This document shows positions 8,361 to 17,790 of a stretch of 64,000 nt of DNA, one piece after another. Position numbers and translations under genes: made by a program. Within the stretch, counting starts at the first letter, position 1, and every line of letters begins with the position of its first letter. The notes beneath the pieces are model-generated. The model saw nothing but the letters and a program-made list of their open reading frames with translations. It was not told the DNA's origin and searched no databases. This DNA is from Lentisphaerota bacterium. Its GTDB lineage: Bacteria; Verrucomicrobiota; Kiritimatiellia; UBA8416; VGWJ01. The stretch is taken from positions 4,908-68,907 of the forward strand of contig VGWJ01000007.1 of NCBI GenBank assembly GCA_016873635.1. The letters run 5' to 3'.

Positions 8361-11300
8361 TCATTCCGTCTTCACCACCAGTTCCGGATCCTTGAGCAGG
8401 CCGCAGGGCACGAGCTGGTAGCCGTCCAGCCACGTGTCGCCTTCGCGCGTGAATTCGCCCGGCCCGGTCCAGATCGGCCATTTCTCGTTGATATGGAACG
8501 GGCCGTGCGAGTTGCGGCGGCTGCCCACGACCTGGATGACCAGGTGGGCCTCGCCGCCGGAGAGCAGATCCGTGATGTCCACCTCGTTCGGCTCCCAGCC
8601 CACGGTACCCGCCACCTTGCCGTCCACGAGCACGCGCAGCGCCACGCCACGGTATTCCGGCACGCGCACGATGAGCCGCTCCCCCGCCGCCCGTTGCGGC
8701 CGGACGCGCATGCCGTAGCCCACCGAGCCGGAGTAGAAGGCCAGCCCCTGCCCGCACCAGTCGCCGATCGTGAGCGAGGCGGGCGGCGCCGTGACGGACA
8801 CGGCCGTGCCGGCCACCGCGACGCCGAAGGTCCCGAGCAGGTAGACGATCTCCAAGCCCGGGTGGTTCTCGTTGTAGTCGCATTCCAGGATGAGTTCGTT
8901 CGCGCCCGGGCGCAGGAGCGACGGGTCCAGGGGCAACCGGCGCAGGCTCTTGTCCACCCACCAGCCGCCGTCCGTGTCGGAGGAAATCCCGTGCCCGTTG
9001 ACGGCGATGCGGAAGAGGTCCGGCCGCTCCAGGGCCAGGTGCAGGTCGCCGGACACGGCCTCCTGCACCTCGAAGGTGTAGCGCAGGGTGACGTGTGCGG
9101 ACTTTGAGAAAGGCGAGTGTTCGCGTGCCCAGGGCTGTACCATCTCGCCGCCTCGCCGCGGTAATCCCAAGAGGTCGCGCACCGTACCATCCGCGCGCAG
9201 GATGTCGCCGACATCCCGCCAGGCTCCGTCGCCGATTCGCAGGGCGGGCCGATCCAGCACAAGGTTGTTGGCTTCCGAAAGGGAGATCGTCCAGGACTCT
9301 GACCGCAGGGGTTCCGAGCGCACCTCGCGCAGGACGGGCCGGGCTTCGGCCGGCAATTTCAATCCCGCCTTCTTCGGCGCCACAAAGATACGGCTGCCCA
9401 GCACGCCCAGGCTGGTGCGGATGTGCCAGCCGCCGTCCCGGCGCTCGGCATCCGCGGCCAACACCCGACCGCTCGCGGGGTCGAGTTCCACCGGTCGGCC
9501 GGCGCAACCGGCGAATCCACGGATCGTCACCTCCGGGAAGGTCAGGTTCCGATCGCGCGCCATGGGCGGGATCGCCATGAAATCGAAGGTGCGCCCCTCC
9601 TTGGCGGCCAGGAAGTCGAACCCCGTGTTGCACACAAACAGATAGCAGAAGTCCTTGTCCTCGCGCAGCAGGTACAGGGCCGGGGTGATTTCCGCGCCCG
9701 CGCCGTCCAGGATGGAGACGCGGCGGCAGGTCCGCTCCAACTCCGGGCCGGCCACGGAACATTCCGCGTCCGTGCGCGGGCAACCGGCGGCGAAGGCGGC
9801 CACGTCGCCGCTGGGTTCCGCGTCCACGGCCGGCGACGGTTCGCCCGCGAAGACCACGGTGCCGCCCGCGGCCTTGAACTTCTTCAGCAGTTTCAGCGTG
9901 CTGCGCCGCAGGGTGAGGAGTGGCGGCACGAGCACGGCCCGGTACACGCCTTTGGCCAGGCGCAGGACGGGCGCACCGGCTTCGCGGGCGACCTTGCCGT
10001 GGCGGGAAAGCAACTCCTCATCGCCGTAGTCGAAGTCCAGGTGTCTGGCCAGCAGGTGGTCCGTCAGGCGGGCAAAGTTTCGATCCAGAGTTTGGGCGGC
10101 CGGTGCCCAGCGCCAGCCGGTACGGATGGTTGTCCAGATGCTTTCCACGGGATGGATCACCAGCAGGTCGCGGACTTCCCCGCCGCGGGTCATGGCCGCG
10201 TGGACGCGCGCGAAGTAGTCCTCGACCGCCGGGTAGAGTTCCCACCAGGGCGACTGGTGGAGGAGACTGGCTGGAAAGTCACGCTTGGCCTCGCCGAGCA
10301 TGGTGTACCAGGAGAGGTGCTGGCAACGCTGGTTGATGCCGAGCGCGACCTGCCAGTCGCCGACGGCCTTGTGGCCGGCGAAGGGGAAGTCCCAGCCCGT
10401 GCAGCCGTAGGTTTCGGTCAGGCGCCACTTCCAGCCGAACTGCCGCGCCGCGGAACTGACCTGTTTGGCGGTGGCGAACTCGTTCCGGCGTTCGGTCAGG
10501 CTGTCCATGCCCGGGGCCTGCATGTATTCGTAAGTGCGCAGGCAGGAGCCGACCATGTTGGTCTGGCTGGAGGGAGTGGCTTCCTCCAGTTGGTGTCCGG
10601 TGAAGAGTAGTTTGTGCTTGGCGCACCATTCGCCGATCTGGCGGCAGAAAGAGTCCACGTACAGGTGGGTCAGGCAGTCGCCGTAGTGCCAGCGGGTGCG
10701 GGCCGCGTTCGCCCCTTCCACGTCGAAGGCCAGTTCCATCAGGCGCGGCAGGAGGTCGTAGCCGTGGCGCGCCCGGAAGACCCTGGGCAGCGCGCCGGTC
10801 CAGGGCAGCAGGTTCTTCTCCGTACCCCAACGGCCATCCAGAATCCCGCCGTAGCTGGGTTCGTCGCTGAAGATGCCGGGGATGGCTTTGCCGAATTCGT
10901 CGCCGCAATGTTTGCGGTAGGCCTCATGCGTGCGGCGGATGAAGGCGCGCACGGCCGAGTGGGAGAGGGTGTCGAGGTACGCCTGGCCATTGAAGCCGGG
11001 GCTGTCCGGAGCCACCCAGAGACGGAAGCGGACGATACACTCGCCTGGTGCGAGACGCGGCTTTTTTCCACGGGCCAGGGGCCGCACGCCGCGGGCGTTC
11101 GTGCCCTCGATGGCCGCCGCAAACGCGGCGACCGTGTCCGCGGTCCAGCGCAGGTCGCCGGGTTTCTCCAGCAGGTCCACAGCCAGGGCGCGCTGGCGGT
11201 GGCGGCGGTCTTTCGTCACCAACCCGCCGGCCGCGCCCGAGGGCCAGCGGTCCTCGTCGTAGAGCCAGGCTTCCATGTCCTGCTGCTTCGCCTCGTCCAC

Positions 11301-11522
11301 GCAGGCGTCCACGCAAGCGAACCAGTCCTTGCCGAGGTAGGCGGTGTCCAGGCCCACGCGCGAGTGCATGAAGAACCCGCCCAGGCCCATGCGCTTCATC
11401 ACGCGCACCTGCCAGCGGAGTTCGTCCGGCTCCAGCTTCCCGTTCCAGGACCAGAAGGGCTTGCCCCGGAACTCCTTGCCAGGGTTGGCGAAAGCACGAA
11501 AAGGAAATCGATTTATCGGCAT
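8361..11522 (-). CDS. large cytoplasmic glycoside-hydrolase-like protein (TIM-barrel-like N-terminus, jelly-roll C-terminus; possibly GH106-like)
   Basis: 1053-aa ORF with no signal peptide. The N-terminus (GKPFWSWNGKLEPDELRWQVRVMKRMGLGGFFMHSRVGL) is typical of an uncharacterised or rhamnosidase-like GH group. The C-terminus has a galactose-binding-like pattern (RVLVDGKVAGTVGWEPNEVDITDLL). The family assignment is tentative. Confidence 0.6.
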   Translation of the reverse strand: MPINRFPFRAFANPGKEFRGKPFWSWNGKLEPDELRWQVRVMKRMGLGGFFMHSRVGLDTAYLGKDWFACVDACVDEAKQQDMEAWLYDEDRWPSGAAGGLVTKDRRHRQRALAVDLLEKPGDLRWTADTVAAFAAAIEGTNARGVRPLARGKKPRLAPGECIVRFRLWVAPDSPGFNGQAYLDTLSHSAVRAFIRRTHEAYRKHCGDEFGKAIPGIFSDEPSYGGILDGRWGTEKNLLPWTGALPRVFRARHGYDLLPRLMELAFDVEGANAARTRWHYGDCLTHLYVDSFCRQIGEWCAKHKLLFTGHQLEEATPSSQTNMVGSCLRTYEYMQAPGMDSLTERRNEFATAKQVSSAARQFGWKWRLTETYGCTGWDFPFAGHKAVGDWQVALGINQRCQHLSWYTMLGEAKRDFPASLLHQSPWWELYPAVEDYFARVHAAMTRGGEVRDLLVIHPVESIWTTIRTGWRWAPAAQTLDRNFARLTDHLLARHLDFDYGDEELLSRHGKVAREAGAPVLRLAKGVYRAVLVPPLLTLRRSTLKLLKKFKAAGGTVVFAGEPSPAVDAEPSGDVAAFAAGCPRTDAECSVAGPELERTCRRVSILDGAGAEITPALYLLREDKDFCYLFVCNTGFDFLAAKEGRTFDFMAIPPMARDRNLTFPEVTIRGFAGCAGRPVELDPASGRVLAADAERRDGGWHIRTSLGVLGSRIFVAPKKAGLKLPAEARPVLREVRSEPLRSESWTISLSEANNLVLDRPALRIGDGAWRDVGDILRADGTVRDLLGLPRRGGEMVQPWAREHSPFSKSAHVTLRYTFEVQEAVSGDLHLALERPDLFRIAVNGHGISSDTDGGWWVDKSLRRLPLDPSLLRPGANELILECDYNENHPGLEIVYLLGTFGVAVAGTAVSVTAPPASLTIGDWCGQGLAFYSGSVGYGMRVRPQRAAGERLIVRVPEYRGVALRVLVDGKVAGTVGWEPNEVDITDLLSGGEAHLVIQVVGSRRNSHGPFHINEKWPIWTGPGEFTREGDTWLDGYQLVPCGLLKDPELVVKTE

Positions 11523-11549
11523 AGGAACACCTTGCGATCGAACAGCCTC

Positions 11550-12191
11550 TCACCCGCAGCGGGTCAAGAGCGCCACCGACAAATCGGCGGCGCAGTTGAC
11601 GCGGGCATCGCATGGCCCCACGTCGGCGGGGCCGACGCCGACCACGCGCATGCCGGCGCGCCGGGCGGCTTCCACCCCGGCTTCGGCATCCTCAACCACG
11701 ACGCACTCCCGCGGCTTCAGCCCCAGACGCCTGGCCGCCAGCAGGAACACTTCCGGATCCGGCTTGGATTTCGTGATGTCGTTGCCGTCCGCAACGGCAT
11801 CGAAATAGCGGCGGAGATCCGTCTTCTCCATGATCAACGGCGTGTTGCGACTCGACGACCCCACCGCCAGTTTGATGCCGGCGGCGCGCAGCGCCGTCAG
11901 GATTTCACGGGCGCCGGACAGCACATCAGCCGGTGTGAGATCCTGCAGGAAATCCACATAGTAGCCGTTCTTGCGCGCCGCCATCTCGAGTTTCTCCGCC
12001 GGCGCGTAGGGCCTGGCGCTCTTTTCCAGGAGGATGTCGAGGCTCTCCATGCGGCTGACGCCGCGCAGCCGGTGGTTGTCCTCCCGCGTGAAGGGAATGC
12101 CTTCTTCCCCGGCCAGCCTGACCCAGGCGCGGTAATGAAACTCATCGGTGCTGACCAGCACTCCGTCCAGGTCGAAAATGACACCCTTCAT
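11550..12191 (-). CDS. pgmB: beta-phosphoglucomutase (HAD superfamily)
   Basis: The ORF 11550-12596 is trimmed to ATG 12191 (MKGVIFDLDGVLVSTDEFHYRAW...). It shows HAD motif I (DLDGV), KPDPEVF and VVVEDAEAGVEAA. It lies two genes downstream of a GH65 phosphorylase, the classical pairing. Confidence 0.85.
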   Translation of the reverse strand: MKGVIFDLDGVLVSTDEFHYRAWVRLAGEEGIPFTREDNHRLRGVSRMESLDILLEKSARPYAPAEKLEMAARKNGYYVDFLQDLTPADVLSGAREILTALRAAGIKLAVGSSSRNTPLIMEKTDLRRYFDAVADGNDITKSKPDPEVFLLAARRLGLKPRECVVVEDAEAGVEAARRAGMRVVGVGPADVGPCDARVNCAADLSVALLTRCG

Positions 12192-12202
12192 TGCCCTCTC
12201 CG

Positions 12203-13291
12203 CTACCGCCATCTGTCGGCCAGGCGCCGGGCCTGCTCGACCTCCTGCTGGCTGTTGAACCAGGCCAGGATATACACGCCCTTGCCTCCGATGGCCTTGA
12301 GCAACGGCTCGATCTCCCCCACCCCGCCGCCCATGATCTGCACCGACTTTCCGGCGTCGAGGATGCGCTTGTAGAGCGGGAACCAGCGTTCGTGCGTGCC
12401 GGGCTCGATGCCGGCCTGCGGCGTCCACTCGATGGCCCGCAGGGAGTCGATGGACAGCAGGTGGTCGAGATGACAGATGCACTGGGTGCCGTCCAGGTGG
12501 TAGAGGGCATGATCCAGCCACGCGCATTGTTCGGCCAACGCCGGCTTGACGAAGTCGCGGAACATCTCCGGCGAGAACATGGCGCAGGCGTCGCACTGCA
12601 CCTTGGCGGTCTTGCCCGGTCCCCAGAGCCGGAAGGCGCCGAAGGCGGAACTGCCATCGGGTTCCTTGGCAATCTCATAGAGGCGCGAGTAGCCCTCGAA
12701 GAAGGCCTGGTTGATCTCGCGGACCGAGCGGAGGACCCACGCGGGGTTCTCGGCCATATCCATCATCAGCGTCTGCGGATCGCGCAGCGCCGACAGGATG
12801 TCGATGTTCTCGACCAGGTCCGGCAGCGCCGTCAGGTAGCGCCCCCGGCCCAGTTCCCGGTTCCGGCGGAGTTGCCGCTCGTGAACCTGCCACCAGTACG
12901 CGTCGGGGTTGAACCGCAGCGGCGGCAGGGCGTTGACATCCGGCGCGTCCCGGAAGGCCGGCTCGGACCAGACGGTCTCGCGTGAAAAGCCGGGCGCGCT
13001 GCCCAGCGCCAGGGCCAGCGACCCGGGCCCGATATCGCTTTCGGCCATCGGCAGGATCTCGGCCCCGAAATGCGACCGGGCCAGCCGGGCGTGGTTCGAG
13101 TGCGCCCGCCACTCGGTATCCTCATACCAGGTGCGCGGGTCGTCGCCGGGAGGCGACGGCGGCATCACGGCTTCGTGCGGCGTATCGGCCCGGGGCGCCC
13201 CCCAGGCGCCGATGGCCAGACCCCGTCCGTGCCACCACTCGACGAGGTGCCCCTTGGTTTCCTCCCAGTTCGGCTTCCAACGCAAGCTCAT
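12203..13291 (-). CDS. URO-D/MtaA-like family protein, paralog 2 (divergent)
   Basis: The ORF 12203-13993 is trimmed to ATG 13291 (MSLRWKPNWEETKGHLVEWW...), 2 nt after the GH65 stop. The Arg/Gly-rich upstream extension overlaps GH65 and is rejected. It has a URO-D-like C-terminal half, with YHLDGT in place of HSCG. Confidence 0.7.
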   Translation of the reverse strand: MSLRWKPNWEETKGHLVEWWHGRGLAIGAWGAPRADTPHEAVMPPSPPGDDPRTWYEDTEWRAHSNHARLARSHFGAEILPMAESDIGPGSLALALGSAPGFSRETVWSEPAFRDAPDVNALPPLRFNPDAYWWQVHERQLRRNRELGRGRYLTALPDLVENIDILSALRDPQTLMMDMAENPAWVLRSVREINQAFFEGYSRLYEIAKEPDGSSAFGAFRLWGPGKTAKVQCDACAMFSPEMFRDFVKPALAEQCAWLDHALYHLDGTQCICHLDHLLSIDSLRAIEWTPQAGIEPGTHERWFPLYKRILDAGKSVQIMGGGVGEIEPLLKAIGGKGVYILAWFNSQQEVEQARRLADRWR

Positions 13292-13293
13292 CG

Positions 13294-15534
13294 TCACCAC
13301 TCCCCGCACTCGCCCGGGGCCACCCTCGCAATCCGGCCCGCGACCGAGATGTCCAGCGTCTGCGAACCGCGGTTCGTCACCTTCGTCCGGCCGCGCTCCA
13401 TCTCCACATGGACGGGCGTTCCTTTCCACACGATCGGGAACGCCAGTTTCGTCCAGTGCGCGGGCAATTTCGGATTGAAACTGAGCACGTTCGACTGCAG
13501 GGCCGTGCGCATGCCGGCGAAACCGAGAACCAGCACTTGCCAATTCCCCGCGGCGCCGGCGATGTGTATGCCCTGGGCCGCGCCGCCGTGGTCGGTGTCC
13601 AGGTCGATCGCGGCCGACTTCCTGAAAAACGTCCAGGCTTCGTCGAACAAGCCGAGACGAAGGGCGACGATGGCGTGAATCGCCGCGGACAGCGACGAGT
13701 CGTGGGTCGTGACCGGCAGGTAGGTCTCCCAGGCGGCCTTCACTTCCGCGTCGGTGAATTCGTCCGGGAACATGGCCATCAGCAATATGACATCGGCCTG
13801 CTTCAGGTTCTTGCTGCGGTAGAGGCGCTCCTGCGATACCCGGGCGGCGTAGCAGCCCTTGCGGTCGGCCCAGAATTCGTCGAAGCGCGATTCGGCCAGG
13901 CTTTCGAACCCCTCGCATTGCAGCACCAGCTCCGGATTCTTCCTGCTGCGGAGGATCGGCAGCGCCGCCGCCGTGCGGGCGAACGCCGCGCACTCCTCGT
14001 CCGTGGCCCCGCCCCGCCTTCCGACGCGGGCGGCAAAGGCGAGGTTGAAGGCGGCCATACGGTTGGTGTAGGCGTTGTTGTGGGTGATCGGGGCATACTC
14101 GTCCGGCCCCATGACCCCGAGGATGGAGGGCGACGTTTCGCCCTTGCGGTAGTCAATGCGGTCCATCCAGTAGCGGGCGGTCTCGACGGCCAGCCGCGCG
14201 GCCGCGTCGGACGCCTGGGCCACTCCGCCGACGGCGCTGAAGTAGTGCGCCACGCCGTGCGCCACGGCCCCGGTGACGTGGATCTCGTGGTCGCGATACT
14301 GGAATTCGCAGCAGCATTCGCGCCCGTCGGCATCCGATTCCCAGGGGAAACGGGCGCCGCGGCAGCCATAGCTCGCCGCGATCTTCTGGGCTTCGGCAAG
14401 ATTGCCGATACGGAAGTCGATGAACGTCCTGGCCTTTTCGGGGGCGGTGTAGAGGAAGAAGGGCAGCAGGTAGGCCTCGGTGTCCCAGAAGAAGTGCCCC
14501 TTGTAGGCGTCGCCGGCATAGCCCTTGGCGCAAATGGCAACGCGGCCGTCGCCGGGCACGTGAGCCCGGAGCAGGTGGTAGATGGAGGAACGGAGGATGA
14601 TCTGGGATTCATCGTCGCCCTCGATACGGATGTCAGCCCGCTCCCATTCGCCGGCCCAGTGGGCGCAATGCCGCCGGCGCAGATCGTCCCAACTCGCACC
14701 GGCGTGACAATCCAGGACCGCCGCCGGCGTCGTGGAAGCCGGGTCTCGGCTGGTCGTCACCGCCGTGCGCTTCTCCACCACCAGGGGCCGGCCGGGTTGC
14801 ACCGTGACCACGGCTTGCCGCCAGCCGTGACGCTCCGCGTTGCCGTACGTCCAGACCGCTCCGTCGGCGGTCAAGCGCGTCTCCATGCCAATCGTGTCCT
14901 CCGCGTCGGTAACCACCCGGCAGGTGACTCCCCCCGCGGTTTCCCGGATCTCAACGAGCCGGAAATGGTCGAAGCCGTTGGTTGTAACCCGGGCGTCGAT
15001 GCCGCCCAGGATGGTCAGTTCCACGGCCTGATCGCATTCGATGCGCATCCGCTGAACGGATAAGTTGGTGGCGCAGCCGCTGATGAAACGCTCGTGAAGC
15101 ACCCGCAGCGTCTTGCCGGACTTTGTCTGCCATGCGAGCTCCCGGCTGAGGGTCGCGGTCCGCATGTTCAGCGTCCGCCTGAATCCCTGGACGTTGCTGG
15201 CCGTCAGGTCCAGCCGCTCGCCGTCCACCACCGGCGTCAGTTCCAGGAACCAGGGCAGGTTGATCATCTCCTGCAGCAGGAGCGGGTGATGGCCGAAAAC
15301 CCCCGGGACGAAGGTGCCCCAGCGGCCCGGCGCATGCACGAACTTCTCGGCCGTCACATTGGCCGGCCGACGCAGTTCGCGGCTGTCCTGGGGGCAGTCC
15401 GCGAAATGCTCCTCCAGCGAGGCGCGGGTATGCAGAGTGCCGCTGCCCACGGTGAACAAGCCTTCGAAGGCCTGCGCGGTGGCGATGTCGAAGCCCTCCT
15501 GCGTCAGAATCCAATTACCGCCGGTGCAATCCAT
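13294..15534 (-). CDS. GH65 glycoside phosphorylase (maltose/trehalose/kojibiose/nigerose phosphorylase family)
   Basis: 746-aa ORF with the GH65 signature GYAGDAYKGHFFWDTEAYLLPFFL. The N-terminal beta-sandwich, (alpha/alpha)6 layout is consistent with the family. Confidence 0.9.
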   Translation of the reverse strand: MDCTGGNWILTQEGFDIATAQAFEGLFTVGSGTLHTRASLEEHFADCPQDSRELRRPANVTAEKFVHAPGRWGTFVPGVFGHHPLLLQEMINLPWFLELTPVVDGERLDLTASNVQGFRRTLNMRTATLSRELAWQTKSGKTLRVLHERFISGCATNLSVQRMRIECDQAVELTILGGIDARVTTNGFDHFRLVEIRETAGGVTCRVVTDAEDTIGMETRLTADGAVWTYGNAERHGWRQAVVTVQPGRPLVVEKRTAVTTSRDPASTTPAAVLDCHAGASWDDLRRRHCAHWAGEWERADIRIEGDDESQIILRSSIYHLLRAHVPGDGRVAICAKGYAGDAYKGHFFWDTEAYLLPFFLYTAPEKARTFIDFRIGNLAEAQKIAASYGCRGARFPWESDADGRECCCEFQYRDHEIHVTGAVAHGVAHYFSAVGGVAQASDAAARLAVETARYWMDRIDYRKGETSPSILGVMGPDEYAPITHNNAYTNRMAAFNLAFAARVGRRGGATDEECAAFARTAAALPILRSRKNPELVLQCEGFESLAESRFDEFWADRKGCYAARVSQERLYRSKNLKQADVILLMAMFPDEFTDAEVKAAWETYLPVTTHDSSLSAAIHAIVALRLGLFDEAWTFFRKSAAIDLDTDHGGAAQGIHIAGAAGNWQVLVLGFAGMRTALQSNVLSFNPKLPAHWTKLAFPIVWKGTPVHVEMERGRTKVTNRGSQTLDISVAGRIARVAPGECGEW

Positions 15535-15567
15535 AAGTCTCTCTCCATTGGGTCGCGGCCACCCCCA

Positions 15568-17670
15568 TCAGCGAAACTCGACGCCTGTCGCGAACTTCGT
15601 CTGGAGGGGGCCGTCTTCCAGTTTGGTCCATTTCCGGCCCCCGGCCTGAACATTCTCGAAAACCACACCTTCAATGGGGTGCGTCCCGTCGAAGCCCGAC
15701 AGCACCGACGGGGGAATATCCTTCCCTTCGACGCGGATGTTGCGAACCACGATGTCGCGGATATGGCCGCATTCGGCGTCGCGGTTGTAGGGCGACGGCC
15801 GGATCTTGAGATCGGCCAGAAAGCCCAGCGCGTCCTCCACGCGGAGGTCTTCATAGATTACGTCGCTCACCGTGGCCGGATCGCCCGTGTGAATGGCGAG
15901 AACACCTCCCGGTCCCTCGCTGTGGATGAGATCGTTGTTGGTAAAACGAATCTTGCGGATGTTGGCGGCGCGCGGCTCAAACCCGGCCTTCTTCCCCACC
16001 CAATCCGGCGGCCATCCTTGCGTCAGGATCTCCAGCCCGTTCCCCCTCATCCCGCTCCACAGAACACAATCCCGCACCACCACGTTCTCAACATCCCGTT
16101 GGCAATCGAGTTGGGTGAAGTAGGTTACCCCCCCCGCCTTGATCGCCACGCAGGAGTCCTTGGTGCGGATGAAACACTTTTCGACGGTCACGTCACGGCT
16201 GCCCACCACCACCACACCGTCATCCCAGTCGTTACCGCTGACGATCTTGACCCGACGGACGGTCACGCGGTCGGAACCCAGGATCGGCACCGCCCAATGC
16301 CGGCTGTCCAGGAGGGTGACCCCCTCGACCACGACGTCCTCGGCACGACGCATCTCGATCTTCCGGGACTCCACGGGATTGAACATCCCGCCGTCGAGAA
16401 CGCCCCGGCCCAGGATCTTCACGTTCTTGACCTCATCCATGAAGAACGACCCGCGCACCACCGCGCCCCGCTCGATGTAAACCGTCTCGCCCGACTTGAG
16501 CGTCACTTTCCCGACCTCATGAACCTTACCCGCCGCAAAAAACTTCACACCCGGCGTGCCGGGTTTGGGGGCGTCCTGCTCGGGCGGATCGGCGCACAGG
16601 AACAACGGCTGCATGGATTCGCCACCGAACTCCACGCTCAGATAGGCAGGCGCCTGGAGTTGGAAGGAAACCTTCTTGCCGCTGATTTCCGGCCGAATGC
16701 CCAGGGACTTGGGCCGCACGTCCACGCTCTGAATCGCCCGCGCGCATTCGATCTCGACTCTCCCCGCCTGCGCAAGGTCGAATCCGGCGAACGCGGCGAT
16801 CGGGGTGTGATAGGTAAAACACTCGCGCCCTTGGACGCTCACCTTCACCACCGGGGACAACCGCTCGATCACCAGGCCCGCGAGCAGCAGGCGGTACGGG
16901 GGCAACCCCTCCCCGGCCAGCGCACGCGGCGCCAGCCGCGGCAATGCCTTGGCCTGTCCATCGTCCAAGGCAACGCCGAGTCCGGCGTCATCCGGTGCCG
17001 GCACGGGCTTATCCGGCCCGCCCGGCAGGCTCAACTTGTCGATGGCATTCTGCCGGCCGGTGAGTTCGTAGCCCTTGGCCGGGCGGATCTCGTGATTCAC
17101 GGAGACGTCTCTGACGAACCAGTCGATGGCGACCGGCATCTGGCCGGATCTATCCACCATGAAATCGAAATGCACGGGAGCCGGTTCCTGCTTGGGATCC
17201 CAGCGCTTGGGCTGCACAATGCCCTGGATTCCGCCGGCCGCCAGACGCAGTCCGCCGGATTCCGTCTTCGGCGCGCGACTTGGGAGCAGGACCTCCCCGC
17301 CTCCGCCGAACACCAGGCGCAGCGCGATGCTCCCTCCCAACAACTGATTGTACCCATTCTCATCCGGTGCCACGCAGGCGACCAGCGCGTGCAGCCGGTA
17401 CTGGCCGGGCGCCAGGGGCTCCGCGGTCATCGCGCGGACCAGTTGGCCTTCATGGCCGAGCGTCAGATCGGCGACCAGCGCCAGCCCCGAAGCCCGCGCC
17501 TTGTCGAACGCCGCCTGGACCGAAGCAGCCTCCGCCACCACAGCAATCGGAGTTTCATTCGGGGCCGGCGCCGCGTTCGTTGCCGCCAGCGCCGCTGCTC
17601 CGGACGCAAAAACGGCAAGACCCGCAACCAGGCCGAACCGCCAACCGCTCAACAATCCTGTCTTTGTCAT
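15568..17670 (-). CDS. secreted protein: unknown ~330-aa N-terminal module plus GH28/GH49-like right-handed beta-helix domain (paralog A)
   Basis: 700-aa ORF with a hydrophobic leader (GLVAGLAVFASGAAALAA). The beta-helix repeats carry GNDWDDGVVVVGSRDVTVEKCFIRTKDSCVAIK, comparable to the GH28 NTDG/GDDC.AIK motifs. GAGGAG RBS. A paralog lies at 38029-40086. Confidence 0.75.
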   Translation of the reverse strand: MTKTGLLSGWRFGLVAGLAVFASGAAALAATNAAPAPNETPIAVVAEAASVQAAFDKARASGLALVADLTLGHEGQLVRAMTAEPLAPGQYRLHALVACVAPDENGYNQLLGGSIALRLVFGGGGEVLLPSRAPKTESGGLRLAAGGIQGIVQPKRWDPKQEPAPVHFDFMVDRSGQMPVAIDWFVRDVSVNHEIRPAKGYELTGRQNAIDKLSLPGGPDKPVPAPDDAGLGVALDDGQAKALPRLAPRALAGEGLPPYRLLLAGLVIERLSPVVKVSVQGRECFTYHTPIAAFAGFDLAQAGRVEIECARAIQSVDVRPKSLGIRPEISGKKVSFQLQAPAYLSVEFGGESMQPLFLCADPPEQDAPKPGTPGVKFFAAGKVHEVGKVTLKSGETVYIERGAVVRGSFFMDEVKNVKILGRGVLDGGMFNPVESRKIEMRRAEDVVVEGVTLLDSRHWAVPILGSDRVTVRRVKIVSGNDWDDGVVVVGSRDVTVEKCFIRTKDSCVAIKAGGVTYFTQLDCQRDVENVVVRDCVLWSGMRGNGLEILTQGWPPDWVGKKAGFEPRAANIRKIRFTNNDLIHSEGPGGVLAIHTGDPATVSDVIYEDLRVEDALGFLADLKIRPSPYNRDAECGHIRDIVVRNIRVEGKDIPPSVLSGFDGTHPIEGVVFENVQAGGRKWTKLEDGPLQTKFATGVEFR

Positions 17671-17702
17671 GTTACGTCTCCTCGGATGTTCGCTTGATAA
17701 GA

Positions 17703-17768
17703 AAAGCAGCGGTATGAATCATACTCGACCAAATGGCTCACGCTGTAGTCCACCTGCGGGACGTAGCC
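17703..17768 (-). pseudogene. remnant of the C-terminus of a URO-D-like paralog
   Basis: Intergenic translation gives RGYVPQVDYSVSHLVEYDSYRCF. The C-terminus of the 27146-28276 protein reads GGYVLQVDHSVSHLVEYGTYRFF. The DNA is also clearly alignable with 27175-27240. Confidence 0.6.
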
Positions 17769-17790
17769 GCGGGTGAGGCGTTCGGCGCCT

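Noticed and set aside
8206-9783. 525-aa minus-strand ORF, and other same-strand alternative frames (for example 8372-9262, 10279-10908, 13803-14699, 19982-20899).
   Set aside because: They overlap the 1053-aa GH-like gene, or other well-supported genes, in a different frame. Their composition is Arg/Pro/Gly-dominated and no motifs are present.
11550-12596. Long N-terminal extensions suggested by the ORF track for several genes: 11550-12596, 12203-13993, 3768-4940, 33860-34495, 35301-36566, 37215-38315, 48484-50610, 20877-21773.
   Set aside because: The extensions overlap the upstream gene, are low-complexity, and precede internal ATG/GTG codons that have good Shine-Dalgarno sequences and family-typical N-termini. 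I therefore used the internal starts. Several track M residues are really GTG or TTG codons.
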